Source: an uncultured delta proteobacterium (GTDB lineage Bacteria; Desulfobacterota; Desulfobacteria; Desulfobacterales; JAFDCJ01). From it: a stretch of 40,801 bases of DNA. Numbering within the stretch: the first letter of the stretch is position 1; each line of letters begins with the position of its first letter. The translations under genes and the position numbers were made by a program. The notes beneath the pieces are model-generated. The model had not been told where the DNA came from and searched no databases. It was given only the letters and a program-made list of their open reading frames with translations. This document shows positions 9,238-18,071 of this stretch, piece by piece. The stretch covers positions 1 through 40,801 of the forward strand of contig CAVYNY010000031.1 in assembly GCA_963769935.1 (NCBI GenBank), written 5' to 3'.

Positions 9238-9807
9238 ATGAAAAGGAAATGGGGTAATGTTTATTTGCTCTTTTTGGCGGCCGCGGTACTAAGCGGGTGT
9301 GCAACGGTGCCGACGGGCCCGAGTATAATGGTGCTGCCGGGCACGGGCAAATCCTTTGAGGCCTTCCAGGCCGATAATGCAGTCTGCCGGCAATGGGCCA
9401 GCCAGCAAACCGGAGCGGAGTCAAAAAACACCGCTAATGAGACCCTTGCCAGCGGAGCGGCTCTCGGAACGCTGGCGGGGGCAGGGCTGGGTGCGGCGAT
9501 CGGCTCGGCTTCCGGCGCAGCCGGCACCGGAGCCGCAATCGGAGCCGGCAGCGGGCTCATCCTCGGTACTGGTGCCGCCGCCGGCCCGGCCCAATCGGCC
9601 GGACAGGAGGTGCAGCGACGCTACGACAACGCCTATCAGCAGTGCATGTATGCGAAGGGAAACCAGATTCCGGGTATTATGCGCGAACCGAAGCGAACCT
9701 ATGAGGCAATGCCGCCACCGCCGCCGCCTAAATCCGCTGCGGGTCCTCCGCCCCCCATGGTGCCGCCGCCTGGCGGAAATCCGCCGCCCCCGCCCCCGCC
9801 CGGCTAA
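9238..9807 (+). CDS. glycine-zipper lipoprotein with poly-Pro tail
   Basis: lipobox LSGC; GAALGTLAGAGLGAAIG...GAAIGAGSG zipper; QRRYDNAYQQCMYAKGNQIP. Confidence 0.88.
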   Translation: MKRKWGNVYLLFLAAAVLSGCATVPTGPSIMVLPGTGKSFEAFQADNAVCRQWASQQTGAESKNTANETLASGAALGTLAGAGLGAAIGSASGAAGTGAAIGAGSGLILGTGAAAGPAQSAGQEVQRRYDNAYQQCMYAKGNQIPGIMREPKRTYEAMPPPPPPKSAAGPPPPMVPPPGGNPPPPPPPG

Positions 9808-10140
9808 GTACATAGTTTCATAAATACGGCAACGTATAATTTATTGAAGCCCTAACGACAATTGGATCTCACCACAAGGCACAGAGAGCACTGAGATGGG
9901 TATTTTTTCGTTTGCCGGGAGACGACGGCAAACGAAAAGCATCGATGCCGGCGCATAAAGAAAATCTAAGCTTCAATGAGCAATGATGGATTCACCGAAG
10001 GTTCAGTTTTTTTGCCCATCGCTGCGCCTCTGGCGGAATGGGCAAAAAGAATCCGCCTCCGGCGGACCGTGTCCTCTGTGTCTTGAGGTGAATAAATATC
10101 GCTGCTAATACGTAACCGTAATTATGAATAAGAGCACTAA
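9805..10140. repeat. nested palindromic composite element
   Basis: outer IR 9817-9837 / 10108-10128; inner family B IR tcaccacaaggcacagag / ctctgtgtcttgaggtga at 9869-10091 holding further hairpins. Confidence 0.7.
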
Positions 10141-10300
10141 GGGCTCACTCAAAAATAACTTCACATTTTATACGCCGCTGCATCCCGCCTGATTGCGTTG
10201 CGAAAGCTCGGAATTCGCCGCGGCGGATTCCTGCGTTTTCGCGCCTTGCCAGCCGGGCGCTTCAACGCCTAAAATTGTGAACTTATTTTTTTGTGAACCC
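10141..10300. mobile_element. MITE-like element family A, copy 1 (160 bp, TAA target duplication)
   Basis: gggctcac..aaaataacttcaca ... tgtgaacttatttt..gtgaaccc, flanked by taa/taa. Confidence 0.88.
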
Positions 10301-10403
10301 TAAGCGGGTCGAAGCAAAAGAAAGTCGTTTCCTTTCTCTTTGCCAGGCAGCTGACGCTTATACCACACCGTCGTGGGGGAAGAGTTGAAAGAACCCGATC
10401 ACA

Positions 10404-11837
10404 ATGCTGAAACATCTACTCCGTTTTAGGCTGCGCACCCAGCTTATCATCGTCATGCTTTCCATGCTGGTCCTGTTTGCCGCAAGTTTTGTCTACCTTC
10501 AAAGTGTTGCCGAAGAAAAAGTACTCGATCTGATCCAGGACGAAATCAACGGCACGATGAAAGCCATCGAAATCAGCATGGAGGAGATCCATGCGAAAGG
10601 ATCAACCGACGAGGCCCGGCTCGAAAATTTTATCGACCACTTGCAGAAACATGGGATCGAAGAAGTCTCAATTTTAGGCAAGCAGCAGGAGGTGATATTG
10701 AGTTCGAACCCGCGGATGGTCGGCAGCCGGCTGAGTGTTTCAAAAAATGAATTTCTCATCCAGGAAACCATCGGCGCAGGGGAGTCCGTAAAGCCTAAAA
10801 AACTCTATAGCGCATTTGCACCGATCATATCAAAAGGGAAGCTGGAAGGCTATATTCATATCAGCATGTACTTTGAGGATCTTGAACGCCTGAGCCGCGA
10901 GATGCTCTTCAATCGACTCGTTTGGGCGCTGCCGATTGTTGGAATCGGCCTGATCCTGTGCATCCTCATATCGCACCACTACACAAAGCCCATTCCGGCG
11001 CTGATCGAGGCCATCCACTCTATTACCCGGGGAAAATTGCCAAGTCTTCCCACGAATTTGCACGCCGACATCAGCGGTCTTTCCGACTCGCTCAACACCA
11101 TGTTTAACATGCTCGCGGAACAAAAGAAATTAGAGGAGAAACTCAAGCGCTCCGAGCACCAGGCGATGCTGGCCCAGCTGGCCTCCGGCATTGCCCATGA
11201 GATCCGCAATCCGCTGAACTTTATCGGTCTTTCCGTCGATCACCTGGGCCATCTGAAATCGTTTAATAGCGTCGACGGCGGAGATGAACTGAAGGATCTC
11301 ATCCGAAAAATAAAGGATGAAATTCAGCGGGTAAACCAGATGGTAACGAATTTTCTCGACCTTGGACGGGAGTTTTCTCTTCGTCCGATGCGCTTGAGGG
11401 CCGACCTTGCGGTGGAAGAAGCCCTGGGGCTGAATAACCAGCTTCTCAGTGAGCGCGGCATTTCAGTGGAACGGGATTTTTGCGATCCTTTACCGCTTGT
11501 GGAAATTGATATTGACCAGATGAAATCCTGCTTGCAGAATCTGATCGGCAACGCGGCGGACGCCATGCCCCACGGGGGAAAGCTGCGGATCACCATCGCG
11601 GAAAGTGCCGGAACCGTCAATCTGCTTTTCGGGGACAGTGGGGAAGGCATCCGCCCGGACGACCTCCCAAAGGTATTCGAGCCGTATTTTACGACCAAAA
11701 GAAAGGGCATCGGGCTCGGCCTGGCCATTGCCAAGCGGATCATCGATGCCCATAAGGGCCGCATCGATATCACCGGTGCCCCCGGAAAGGGAACCGTTGT
11801 CAGGGTTTCCCTGCCAAATGTCCCCGGGAGACAATAA
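10404..11837 (+). CDS. membrane sensor histidine kinase (HAMP-like, HisKA, HATPase)
   Basis: two TM segments, AHEIRNPL H-box, NLIGNAADAM, DSGEGI, FEPYFTTK, GIGLGL. Confidence 0.95.
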   Translation: MLKHLLRFRLRTQLIIVMLSMLVLFAASFVYLQSVAEEKVLDLIQDEINGTMKAIEISMEEIHAKGSTDEARLENFIDHLQKHGIEEVSILGKQQEVILSSNPRMVGSRLSVSKNEFLIQETIGAGESVKPKKLYSAFAPIISKGKLEGYIHISMYFEDLERLSREMLFNRLVWALPIVGIGLILCILISHHYTKPIPALIEAIHSITRGKLPSLPTNLHADISGLSDSLNTMFNMLAEQKKLEEKLKRSEHQAMLAQLASGIAHEIRNPLNFIGLSVDHLGHLKSFNSVDGGDELKDLIRKIKDEIQRVNQMVTNFLDLGREFSLRPMRLRADLAVEEALGLNNQLLSERGISVERDFCDPLPLVEIDIDQMKSCLQNLIGNAADAMPHGGKLRITIAESAGTVNLLFGDSGEGIRPDDLPKVFEPYFTTKRKGIGLGLAIAKRIIDAHKGRIDITGAPGKGTVVRVSLPNVPGRQ

Positions 11838-13243
11838 TGCAGAAGTGGAAAATACTCATTGTCGAGGACGAGGCCTATCAGCGGGATATTCTCAAGGTCA
11901 TCCTGGAAGCCGAAGGATTTTCCGTGGCTTGCGCGGCGAACGGCGAACACGCCGTCGAAATTTATCATCGGCTCAAGCCGGATGTCGTGCTTTGCGATTT
12001 AAAACTGCCCGACATGGAAGGAACCCAGGTCATGGAACGGCTCGGCACTGCGGGCTGCAGGCAGCACGAATTCATTATTTTCACGGCCCATGGAACCATC
12101 GAGTCAGCCGTCAATGCCATCCAAAGGGGTGCCTTCGACTACCTTACCAAACCGGTCGACCGGGAAAAGCTCATTAGGAGGATCCATCGGGCCTGCGAAC
12201 GCCTGGCGCTCATCCGGGAGAACCAACAGCTTAAAAAGCAACTGCTGCAGCCGTTTGTCATCGAAGGTATCATCGGAAAGCACCCGCGCATGGCGAAGGT
12301 TCTGGATTTTGTCAAGCTCGTCGGGCCGCTCAACGTGACCGTATTGATCACCGGTGAAACCGGCACCGGCAAAGAACTGATTGCCCGGGCCATCCATTCT
12401 GAAAGCCTTAGAAAAAACAAATCGTTTCAGGCCGTTAATTGCGCGTCGATGCCGGAAAGTCTTCTTGAAAGCGAACTTTTCGGCTATGAAAAAGGCGCTT
12501 TTACCGGCGCCTTCTCCCAGAGGCAGGGGTTGATTGAGAGCGCCGATGGCGGGACGCTGTTTCTGGATGAAATCGGGGAGCTTCCCATCGGGCCCCAGTC
12601 AAAGCTTTTAAGATTTTTGGAGGACAAAAAGATAAGACGGATCGGCGGCAATGAAGAGATTTCCATCGATGTTCGGCTGATTGCGGCCACCAACAAAAAA
12701 CTGGACGAGGAGATTAAAAAAGGGCGTTTCCGGGAAGACCTTTTTTACCGGTTCAGAGGGTTTGTGATCGAATTGCCCCCTTTGCGGGAACGTTCATCGG
12801 ACGTCTACCTCCTGGCGGAATATTTCATCGAGAAATACAACCTTATTTACAACCGATCCGTACGGGGCATCAGCAGCGAGGCGTTGAAAATGATGATGGA
12901 CTGCCACTGGCCGGGCAACGTGCGGCAGCTGGACGCCGTTATCGAAAAAGCGGTCCTGGTTGCAAGCGGCGAGGTGCTGTCTCCCGCCGACCTGGATATC
13001 CCCAAACCACCGACAAATGCTGCCGGCGGCACCCTTGATTTTGAATTCCCGGCGGATGGATTTCCGCTGGAAGAGATTGAGAGGCAGGTTATCTTCAAGG
13101 CGATGGAACAATCCGGGGGGAATGTTGCCGCCGCAGCAAGACTCCTCAAAACAACTTATAGAACGATTGAGTATCGGGTAAAAAAATACAGCATTCCCGC
13201 GGCCAATCAACGAAATGGTGAAACCAGTACACCAAAACGTTAG
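11837..13243 (+). CDS. sigma54-dependent response regulator (NtrC family)
   Basis: receiver domain, GETGTGKE, ESELFGYEKGAFTGA, WPGNVRQL, Fis-type HTH. Confidence 0.96.
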   Translation: MQKWKILIVEDEAYQRDILKVILEAEGFSVACAANGEHAVEIYHRLKPDVVLCDLKLPDMEGTQVMERLGTAGCRQHEFIIFTAHGTIESAVNAIQRGAFDYLTKPVDREKLIRRIHRACERLALIRENQQLKKQLLQPFVIEGIIGKHPRMAKVLDFVKLVGPLNVTVLITGETGTGKELIARAIHSESLRKNKSFQAVNCASMPESLLESELFGYEKGAFTGAFSQRQGLIESADGGTLFLDEIGELPIGPQSKLLRFLEDKKIRRIGGNEEISIDVRLIAATNKKLDEEIKKGRFREDLFYRFRGFVIELPPLRERSSDVYLLAEYFIEKYNLIYNRSVRGISSEALKMMMDCHWPGNVRQLDAVIEKAVLVASGEVLSPADLDIPKPPTNAAGGTLDFEFPADGFPLEEIERQVIFKAMEQSGGNVAAAARLLKTTYRTIEYRVKKYSIPAANQRNGETSTPKR

Positions 13244-13360
13244 ATCGTACCCTCGGCATCCCCTCCGCTTAGGAATAGCCTTTATCCCAAAAAGTTTGCA
13301 ACTATTTGAAATTAAATCGTTTTTCAAGTATTAAAATTTATTTTGCATGATGTCCTCACC

Positions 13361-13376
13361 TGGCACCAGTTTCGCA
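13361..13376 (+). promoter_or_regulatory. sigma54 -24/-12 promoter
   Basis: TGGCACCAGTTTCGCA, 80 nt before ATG 13456. Confidence 0.8.
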
Positions 13377-13455
13377 TTGAATAAGCAAAAGGTCTGCAAG
13401 ACCTTTGTTGGAAACCTTTATCGGAAAATGAAATACGAGAAGGAGGTAAGTACAA

Positions 13456-13731
13456 ATGAAAAAGCTTGCAATTCTGATGTCACTCGTGATGGTGGTTGCC
13501 TTAACGGCCAGTGTTTCACTGGCGGCCCAAAAGGCCCACAAGGTTAAGATGATGACCGGAGAAGTTGTCAAGGTTGACGCCGATAAGGGGGATCTTGTCC
13601 TTAAAGTCAAAAACAAGAATCATACCTATAAGGCAGAACCGAAAATGCTCACCGGAATCACCCCCGGTGAAAAGGTAACCGTCGAAGAAAGCGGAAAAAT
13701 GGTGAAGTCGATTAAGCCGGCTGCAAAATAA
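13456..13731 (+). CDS. small basic exported protein, probable OB-fold beta-barrel (CusF/DUF5666-like)
   Basis: AAGGAGGT RBS, signal peptide, MTGEVVKVDADKGDLVLK...GITPGEKVTV pattern. Confidence 0.8.
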   Translation: MKKLAILMSLVMVVALTASVSLAAQKAHKVKMMTGEVVKVDADKGDLVLKVKNKNHTYKAEPKMLTGITPGEKVTVEESGKMVKSIKPAAK

Positions 13732-13804
13732 GCCAAAAGTGAAGCGCCTGCCAAGACAAAATCGGAGTAGGTCTGAGTTTCACGGTTTGACGTCGCAGAA
13801 CTCG

Positions 13805-13838
13805 AAAAAACCCCTCCCCCTGAAGGAGGGGTTTTTTT
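13805..13838. terminator. bidirectional intrinsic terminator
   Basis: aaaaaacccctcc-ccctgaa-ggaggggttttttt. Confidence 0.8.
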
Positions 13839-13916
13839 ATTCCAACATTGAAAACCTGGCCCTCTGGGCCGGGAATCTTTATTCCAATTTTAATTCTTTC
13901 GGTACAACCGGGGAAA

Positions 13917-14702
13917 TTATCTTATCAGTCTTTTTCGCATTACCTTCAGCGCCAGAATGGTAAAGCAGATAAAAAATAGAGTTAAGTATCCTAGGCTGAT
14001 AAGGGCGCTGGTTTCCTTTAGGCCAAGACCGAACCAGCGAGCCATTTCAGTAAGATGATAGAGGGGAAACACATATGCCATGGGTCGGAACCATGGGGGC
14101 AGGTTGGAAACCGGGAAAAAGGTGCCGCTGAACAAGAACATGGGGGTTATAAAAAGAAAAATCGGCAGATTAAACATGTCTATGGTTGGAATGATTCCGG
14201 TGAAAAACATGCCGATGGCGCCGAAGGCCAATCCGCCTAAAAAAGCCAATGGTATGAGCAGGAGGCCCTGCGGCAGGTGGATAAATCCCAGCAGAGCCAG
14301 GACGGTGAGCATAATCGCAGCGGCCGCGGCTGCCTTGGTAGCGCTCCAGACGATTTCGGCTACAATTATTTCCTCCAGCGACAGCGGCGTGGCCAGAATT
14401 GCATCGAACGTTTTCTGATAGTACATCCGTACAAAAGAGGCATAGGTGGTTTCGAAAAATGAATTCGACATGACGGCCGTTGCAATCAGCGCCGGAGCAA
14501 TAAACTTGGTATAGGACAATTCGGCGCCTCCATAGGAGACCTGCCCGATCAGGCCACTCAGGCCGAGGCCGAAGGCCAGGATGTAAAAAAGAGGCTCCAA
14601 CAACGGCGTGATGAAATTTATCTTCCAGATTCGGCGGTAAACAACCAGGTTTCTATGCCAGACTTTGATAAAACGCCAAGACAAACAGGCCCAAGGTTTC
14701 AT
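13917..14702 (-). CDS. ABC-2 transporter permease (NodJ-like)
   Basis: LEPLFYILAFGLGL...YTKFIAPAL...PMFLFSGTFFPVSNLP; start overlaps the ATPase stop. Confidence 0.9.
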   Translation of the reverse strand: MKPWACLSWRFIKVWHRNLVVYRRIWKINFITPLLEPLFYILAFGLGLSGLIGQVSYGGAELSYTKFIAPALIATAVMSNSFFETTYASFVRMYYQKTFDAILATPLSLEEIIVAEIVWSATKAAAAAAIMLTVLALLGFIHLPQGLLLIPLAFLGGLAFGAIGMFFTGIIPTIDMFNLPIFLFITPMFLFSGTFFPVSNLPPWFRPMAYVFPLYHLTEMARWFGLGLKETSALISLGYLTLFFICFTILALKVMRKRLIR

Positions 14703-15610
14703 TCGCGGAGCTCCCTTCCGGTCAACCGCAGAAATACATCTTCCAGGGTGCTGTTGCGATAGATGCATTTATCATGGCAGAATTGATCCCTGACGGTGTC
14801 GTTGAGATCGGAACCTTCCGGGCTGTACAAAATCATGCGCCGGCCGAGATCGTCATGCTCAATATGATTGGCAGTGACATACGCCCGCAACTCCGGGTTC
14901 GGATTTTCAACCTCGACGACATTTCTGCCGGCATGGCGATTAATCAGTTCCTGGGGACGGCCTTCTATCAGTATTTGGCCGTGATCGATAATGACCAGAC
15001 GATCGCAGAGTCTCGACGCTTCTTCCATGTTATGGGTAGTTATAACCACGGTCAGCCCTTTTTCCTTCAGGGTTTCAAGCTTTTGCCAAACCTGATGCTT
15101 GGATTGGGGATCGAGGCCGGTGGTGGGCTCGTCCAAGATGAGCAGATCCGGTTGATTAATCAATGCCCTTGCCAAAATAAGCCGCCGGGCCATGCCGCCG
15201 GAAAGCTCCATGACTTTGGCATTTTTTTTATGGGAGAGCGCGAAAAAATCAAGGAGCTGCCGGCCGCGTTCGAAAGCTTCTTTTGGGGAAATGGAGAAAT
15301 ATCCCGCAAATACGTGCAGATTTTGCTCCACGGTCAGGTCCGGATCCAGCGTGTTGTCCTGCTGGCAAACGCCGATGCGGGCTTTGATCTGGCGCCAGTG
15401 CCGGCTGAGATCCATCCCAAATATGCGAATAGTTCCCTGGGTTGAAGGCAAAAACCCATAAAGCATTCTGATAGTTGTCGTCTTGCCGGCGCCGTTGGGC
15501 CCCAGCAGTCCGAAAAATTCTCCCTGCTGCACGCTGAAGGATATCGAGTCCACGGCTGCCAGCCCGTTGAATCGTTTATGCAAATGGTGGACTTCTATAA
15601 CGTTCATCAT
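14699..15610 (-). CDS. ABC transporter ATP-binding protein (NodI-like)
   Basis: GPNGAGKTT, LSGGM, LLILDEPTTGLDP. Confidence 0.93.
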   Translation of the reverse strand: MMNVIEVHHLHKRFNGLAAVDSISFSVQQGEFFGLLGPNGAGKTTTIRMLYGFLPSTQGTIRIFGMDLSRHWRQIKARIGVCQQDNTLDPDLTVEQNLHVFAGYFSISPKEAFERGRQLLDFFALSHKKNAKVMELSGGMARRLILARALINQPDLLILDEPTTGLDPQSKHQVWQKLETLKEKGLTVVITTHNMEEASRLCDRLVIIDHGQILIEGRPQELINRHAGRNVVEVENPNPELRAYVTANHIEHDDLGRRMILYSPEGSDLNDTVRDQFCHDKCIYRNSTLEDVFLRLTGRELRE

Positions 15611-15899
15611 CGGATGTCTTTTTAATCTCGAAACCAAGATGGTTGCAAGTTGATGGGTGAATTTCCATTGACCCTGACAGCTTGATTTAAGGTCAGCCGG
15701 AAGCCACAAGGAAAATTAAAGCAGCCTGGACTAAAGTTCAAGTTTTTTGTCCAGCTTGGCGGCAGAAACAGACTGCACTTTCTATAGTGAATAATTATTG
15801 ACATATACTTGCCTATTGGATATGCGCCATTTGCGGGCACGTCTGTCAAAACCCTGCGATGGTCCGGCACCTAATTTTTAGCGCGAGGAGGCAGCTTTT

Positions 15900-16232
15900 A
15901 TGAAACATATCGGCGTTTGGATTATCAGCGCGGTTTGTATTTTCGCCATGAATACAGCCCGCGCCGAGGAGGGCGAAACCATTTTTAAATCCCAGGGGTG
16001 TACTCACTGTCATAAAAAAGAAAGCCACTCAAAAGTGAATCCGTCTCTGACTGAGATTGCAGCGGCCTATCAGGGCATGCAGGAGCAGCTGGTCAAATTT
16101 TTAAATGGCGAAGCGGAAGCCATTGTCAAGCCGCAAAAGGCAGGCATGATGAAAAGATATGTCAAGAGAACCAAAGCCCTTTCAGATGCGGATCGCAAAG
16201 CGCTGGCGGACTACATTTTGAGGCAGCAATAA
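15900..16232 (+). CDS. monoheme class I cytochrome c
   Basis: signal peptide, CTHCH heme motif, distal Met (GMMK), GAGGAGG RBS. Confidence 0.9.
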   Translation: MKHIGVWIISAVCIFAMNTARAEEGETIFKSQGCTHCHKKESHSKVNPSLTEIAAAYQGMQEQLVKFLNGEAEAIVKPQKAGMMKRYVKRTKALSDADRKALADYILRQQ

Positions 16233-16259
16233 CAGAACCGGCTCCTTCAGTTTCAATGG

Positions 16260-16295
16260 ACGCCTAAAATTGTGAATTTATTTTTTTGTGAACCC
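16260..16295. mobile_element. isolated right end of MITE family A
   Basis: acgcctaaaattgtgaatttatttttttgtgaaccc+taa, nearly identical to 10265-10303. Confidence 0.8.
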
Positions 16296-16307
16296 TAAGA
16301 ATCAATC

Positions 16308-17030
16308 ATGAAAGTCTCGCAATCGAAAAACCTGGTCTGCAATATTTGCGGCAAGACCAAAGCCCGGTCCATGATGATGCCGGCAATACTTGTCCGAAGC
16401 GCCGTGACGGATCAGATCAAAATTTCCTACCCGGACTGGAAACCGGAGGGTTATATCTGTCTTAATGATCTGAATCAATTTCGCATGCAATACATTCAGA
16501 ACCTGCTTAAATCTGAAAAGGGTGAACTGACGACATTGGATCGTGAAGTTTTGGAGAGTCTTCAGCTGCACGAAACGCTTTCAAGCAACGTCGATGCCGA
16601 ATTCGAGAAAGATCTGAATCTGGGCGAAAAAATGGCCGACCATCTGGCATCATTCGGCGGCAGCTGGACCTTTATCATTATCTTTGGCTCAATCCTGCTC
16701 ATTTGGATTGGACTGAATTCATTGCTGCTGTTGAAAAAGCCCTTCGATCCCTACCCGTTTATTTTACTGAATCTGGTTTTATCCTGTCTGGCAGCCATTC
16801 AAGCCCCCGTTATCATGATGAGCCAGAACCGCCAGGAAGCCAAAGATCGGTTGAGGTCGCAGCACGACTATCAGGTGAATTTAAAAGCCGAGCTTGAAAT
16901 CAGACACCTGCATGATAAAATTGACCATCTGCTTTCCAACCAGTGGGAGCGGCTGATCGAAATTCAGCAGATCCAGATCGACCTGCTCTCCGAACTTGCG
17001 CGCCTGCGGAATAAAGGCAAGGGTGCCTGA
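16308..17030 (+). CDS. DUF1003 membrane protein
   Basis: ADHLASFGGSWTFI...FDPYPFILLNLVLSCLAAIQAPVIMMSQNRQ. Confidence 0.92.
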   Translation: MKVSQSKNLVCNICGKTKARSMMMPAILVRSAVTDQIKISYPDWKPEGYICLNDLNQFRMQYIQNLLKSEKGELTTLDREVLESLQLHETLSSNVDAEFEKDLNLGEKMADHLASFGGSWTFIIIFGSILLIWIGLNSLLLLKKPFDPYPFILLNLVLSCLAAIQAPVIMMSQNRQEAKDRLRSQHDYQVNLKAELEIRHLHDKIDHLLSNQWERLIEIQQIQIDLLSELARLRNKGKGA

Positions 17031-17108
17031 TTTGAAACTGTTTTGGGCAAATTGAATTTTTGCTGCTCTCAGTAGGAAAAAAATAAACCGCATGGAGAAT
17101 TAACCATC

Positions 17109-17954
17109 ATGAAACCGGGTAACCATCAGATCCATATTCGGCGATCACTCGGCGGACTGGTTGCTGCCATTTGCCTGCTTTTCATTTTCCAGGGCTGCGC
17201 CGAAGTGCCGATTACCCACCGCAGTGCATTGCATCTGGTGCCGGAATCAGAGCTTATGAGCATGAGTCTTCAGCAATATGATGACGTGTTGAAAAAAAGC
17301 GAGCTGTCCACCAACACCAGCGAGGTGGCAATGGTGCGGCGGGTAGGTAATCGGATCGCCAAGGCCGCCGAAGCATTTTTAGCCGAAACCGGTCAGGGGG
17401 ATAAAATTAAAGATTACCACTGGGAGTTCAATCTCATCCAGGATGACAAAACGGTCAATGCCTGGGTGATGCCCGGCGGCAAGGCCGCCGTTTATACCGG
17501 GATTTTACCGTACACCCAGAACGAAACCGGCCTGGCGGTGGTGCTGGGCCACGAGGTGGGCCATGCGCTGGCCGACCACGGCAACGAACGCATGAGCCAG
17601 GCGCTGCTTGCCAGCATGGGCGGTATGGCGCTTTCCGTCGCCCTGTCCCAGCAGCCGCAGGCAACCCAGCAGCTTTTCATGTCGGTCTACGGTGCGGGGG
17701 CCAACTATGGTTTTTTGCTGCCCTACAGCCGCCTGCATGAGAGTGAAGCCGATCGCATCGGTCTGACGCTCATGGCGCGTGCGGGCTACGATCCCCGGCA
17801 GGCCATACCCTTTTGGGAAAGAATGAGCAAACAGGAGGGAAAGTCGAGCCCGCCGGAATTTTTATCCACGCATCCGGCAACCGCAACTCGCATCGCCGAC
17901 ATTAAAAAGTATATACCGGAAGCGCTGCCCTATTATGAAAAAGCGGCAAAGTAG
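17109..17954 (+). CDS. M48 family zinc metallopeptidase lipoprotein
   Basis: lipobox FQGC, NAWVMPGGK, HEVGH, ESEADRIG, FLSTHP. Confidence 0.93.
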   Translation: MKPGNHQIHIRRSLGGLVAAICLLFIFQGCAEVPITHRSALHLVPESELMSMSLQQYDDVLKKSELSTNTSEVAMVRRVGNRIAKAAEAFLAETGQGDKIKDYHWEFNLIQDDKTVNAWVMPGGKAAVYTGILPYTQNETGLAVVLGHEVGHALADHGNERMSQALLASMGGMALSVALSQQPQATQQLFMSVYGAGANYGFLLPYSRLHESEADRIGLTLMARAGYDPRQAIPFWERMSKQEGKSSPPEFLSTHPATATRIADIKKYIPEALPYYEKAAK

Positions 17955-18071
17955 AGACCCGGCTCCCGCCGCCAGCTGGGCAAATGACCGCAAGCTAGGG
18001 CGCTTATGCAGCGTGATTCCATCGTTCGAAATTGGGTCATACCGATCTACGGCCACAGTTAATTGAAAATT

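Noticed and set aside
13917..15610. Nodulation function for the NodIJ-like pair
   Set aside because: Widespread ABC-2 exporter family; no nodABC genes present.
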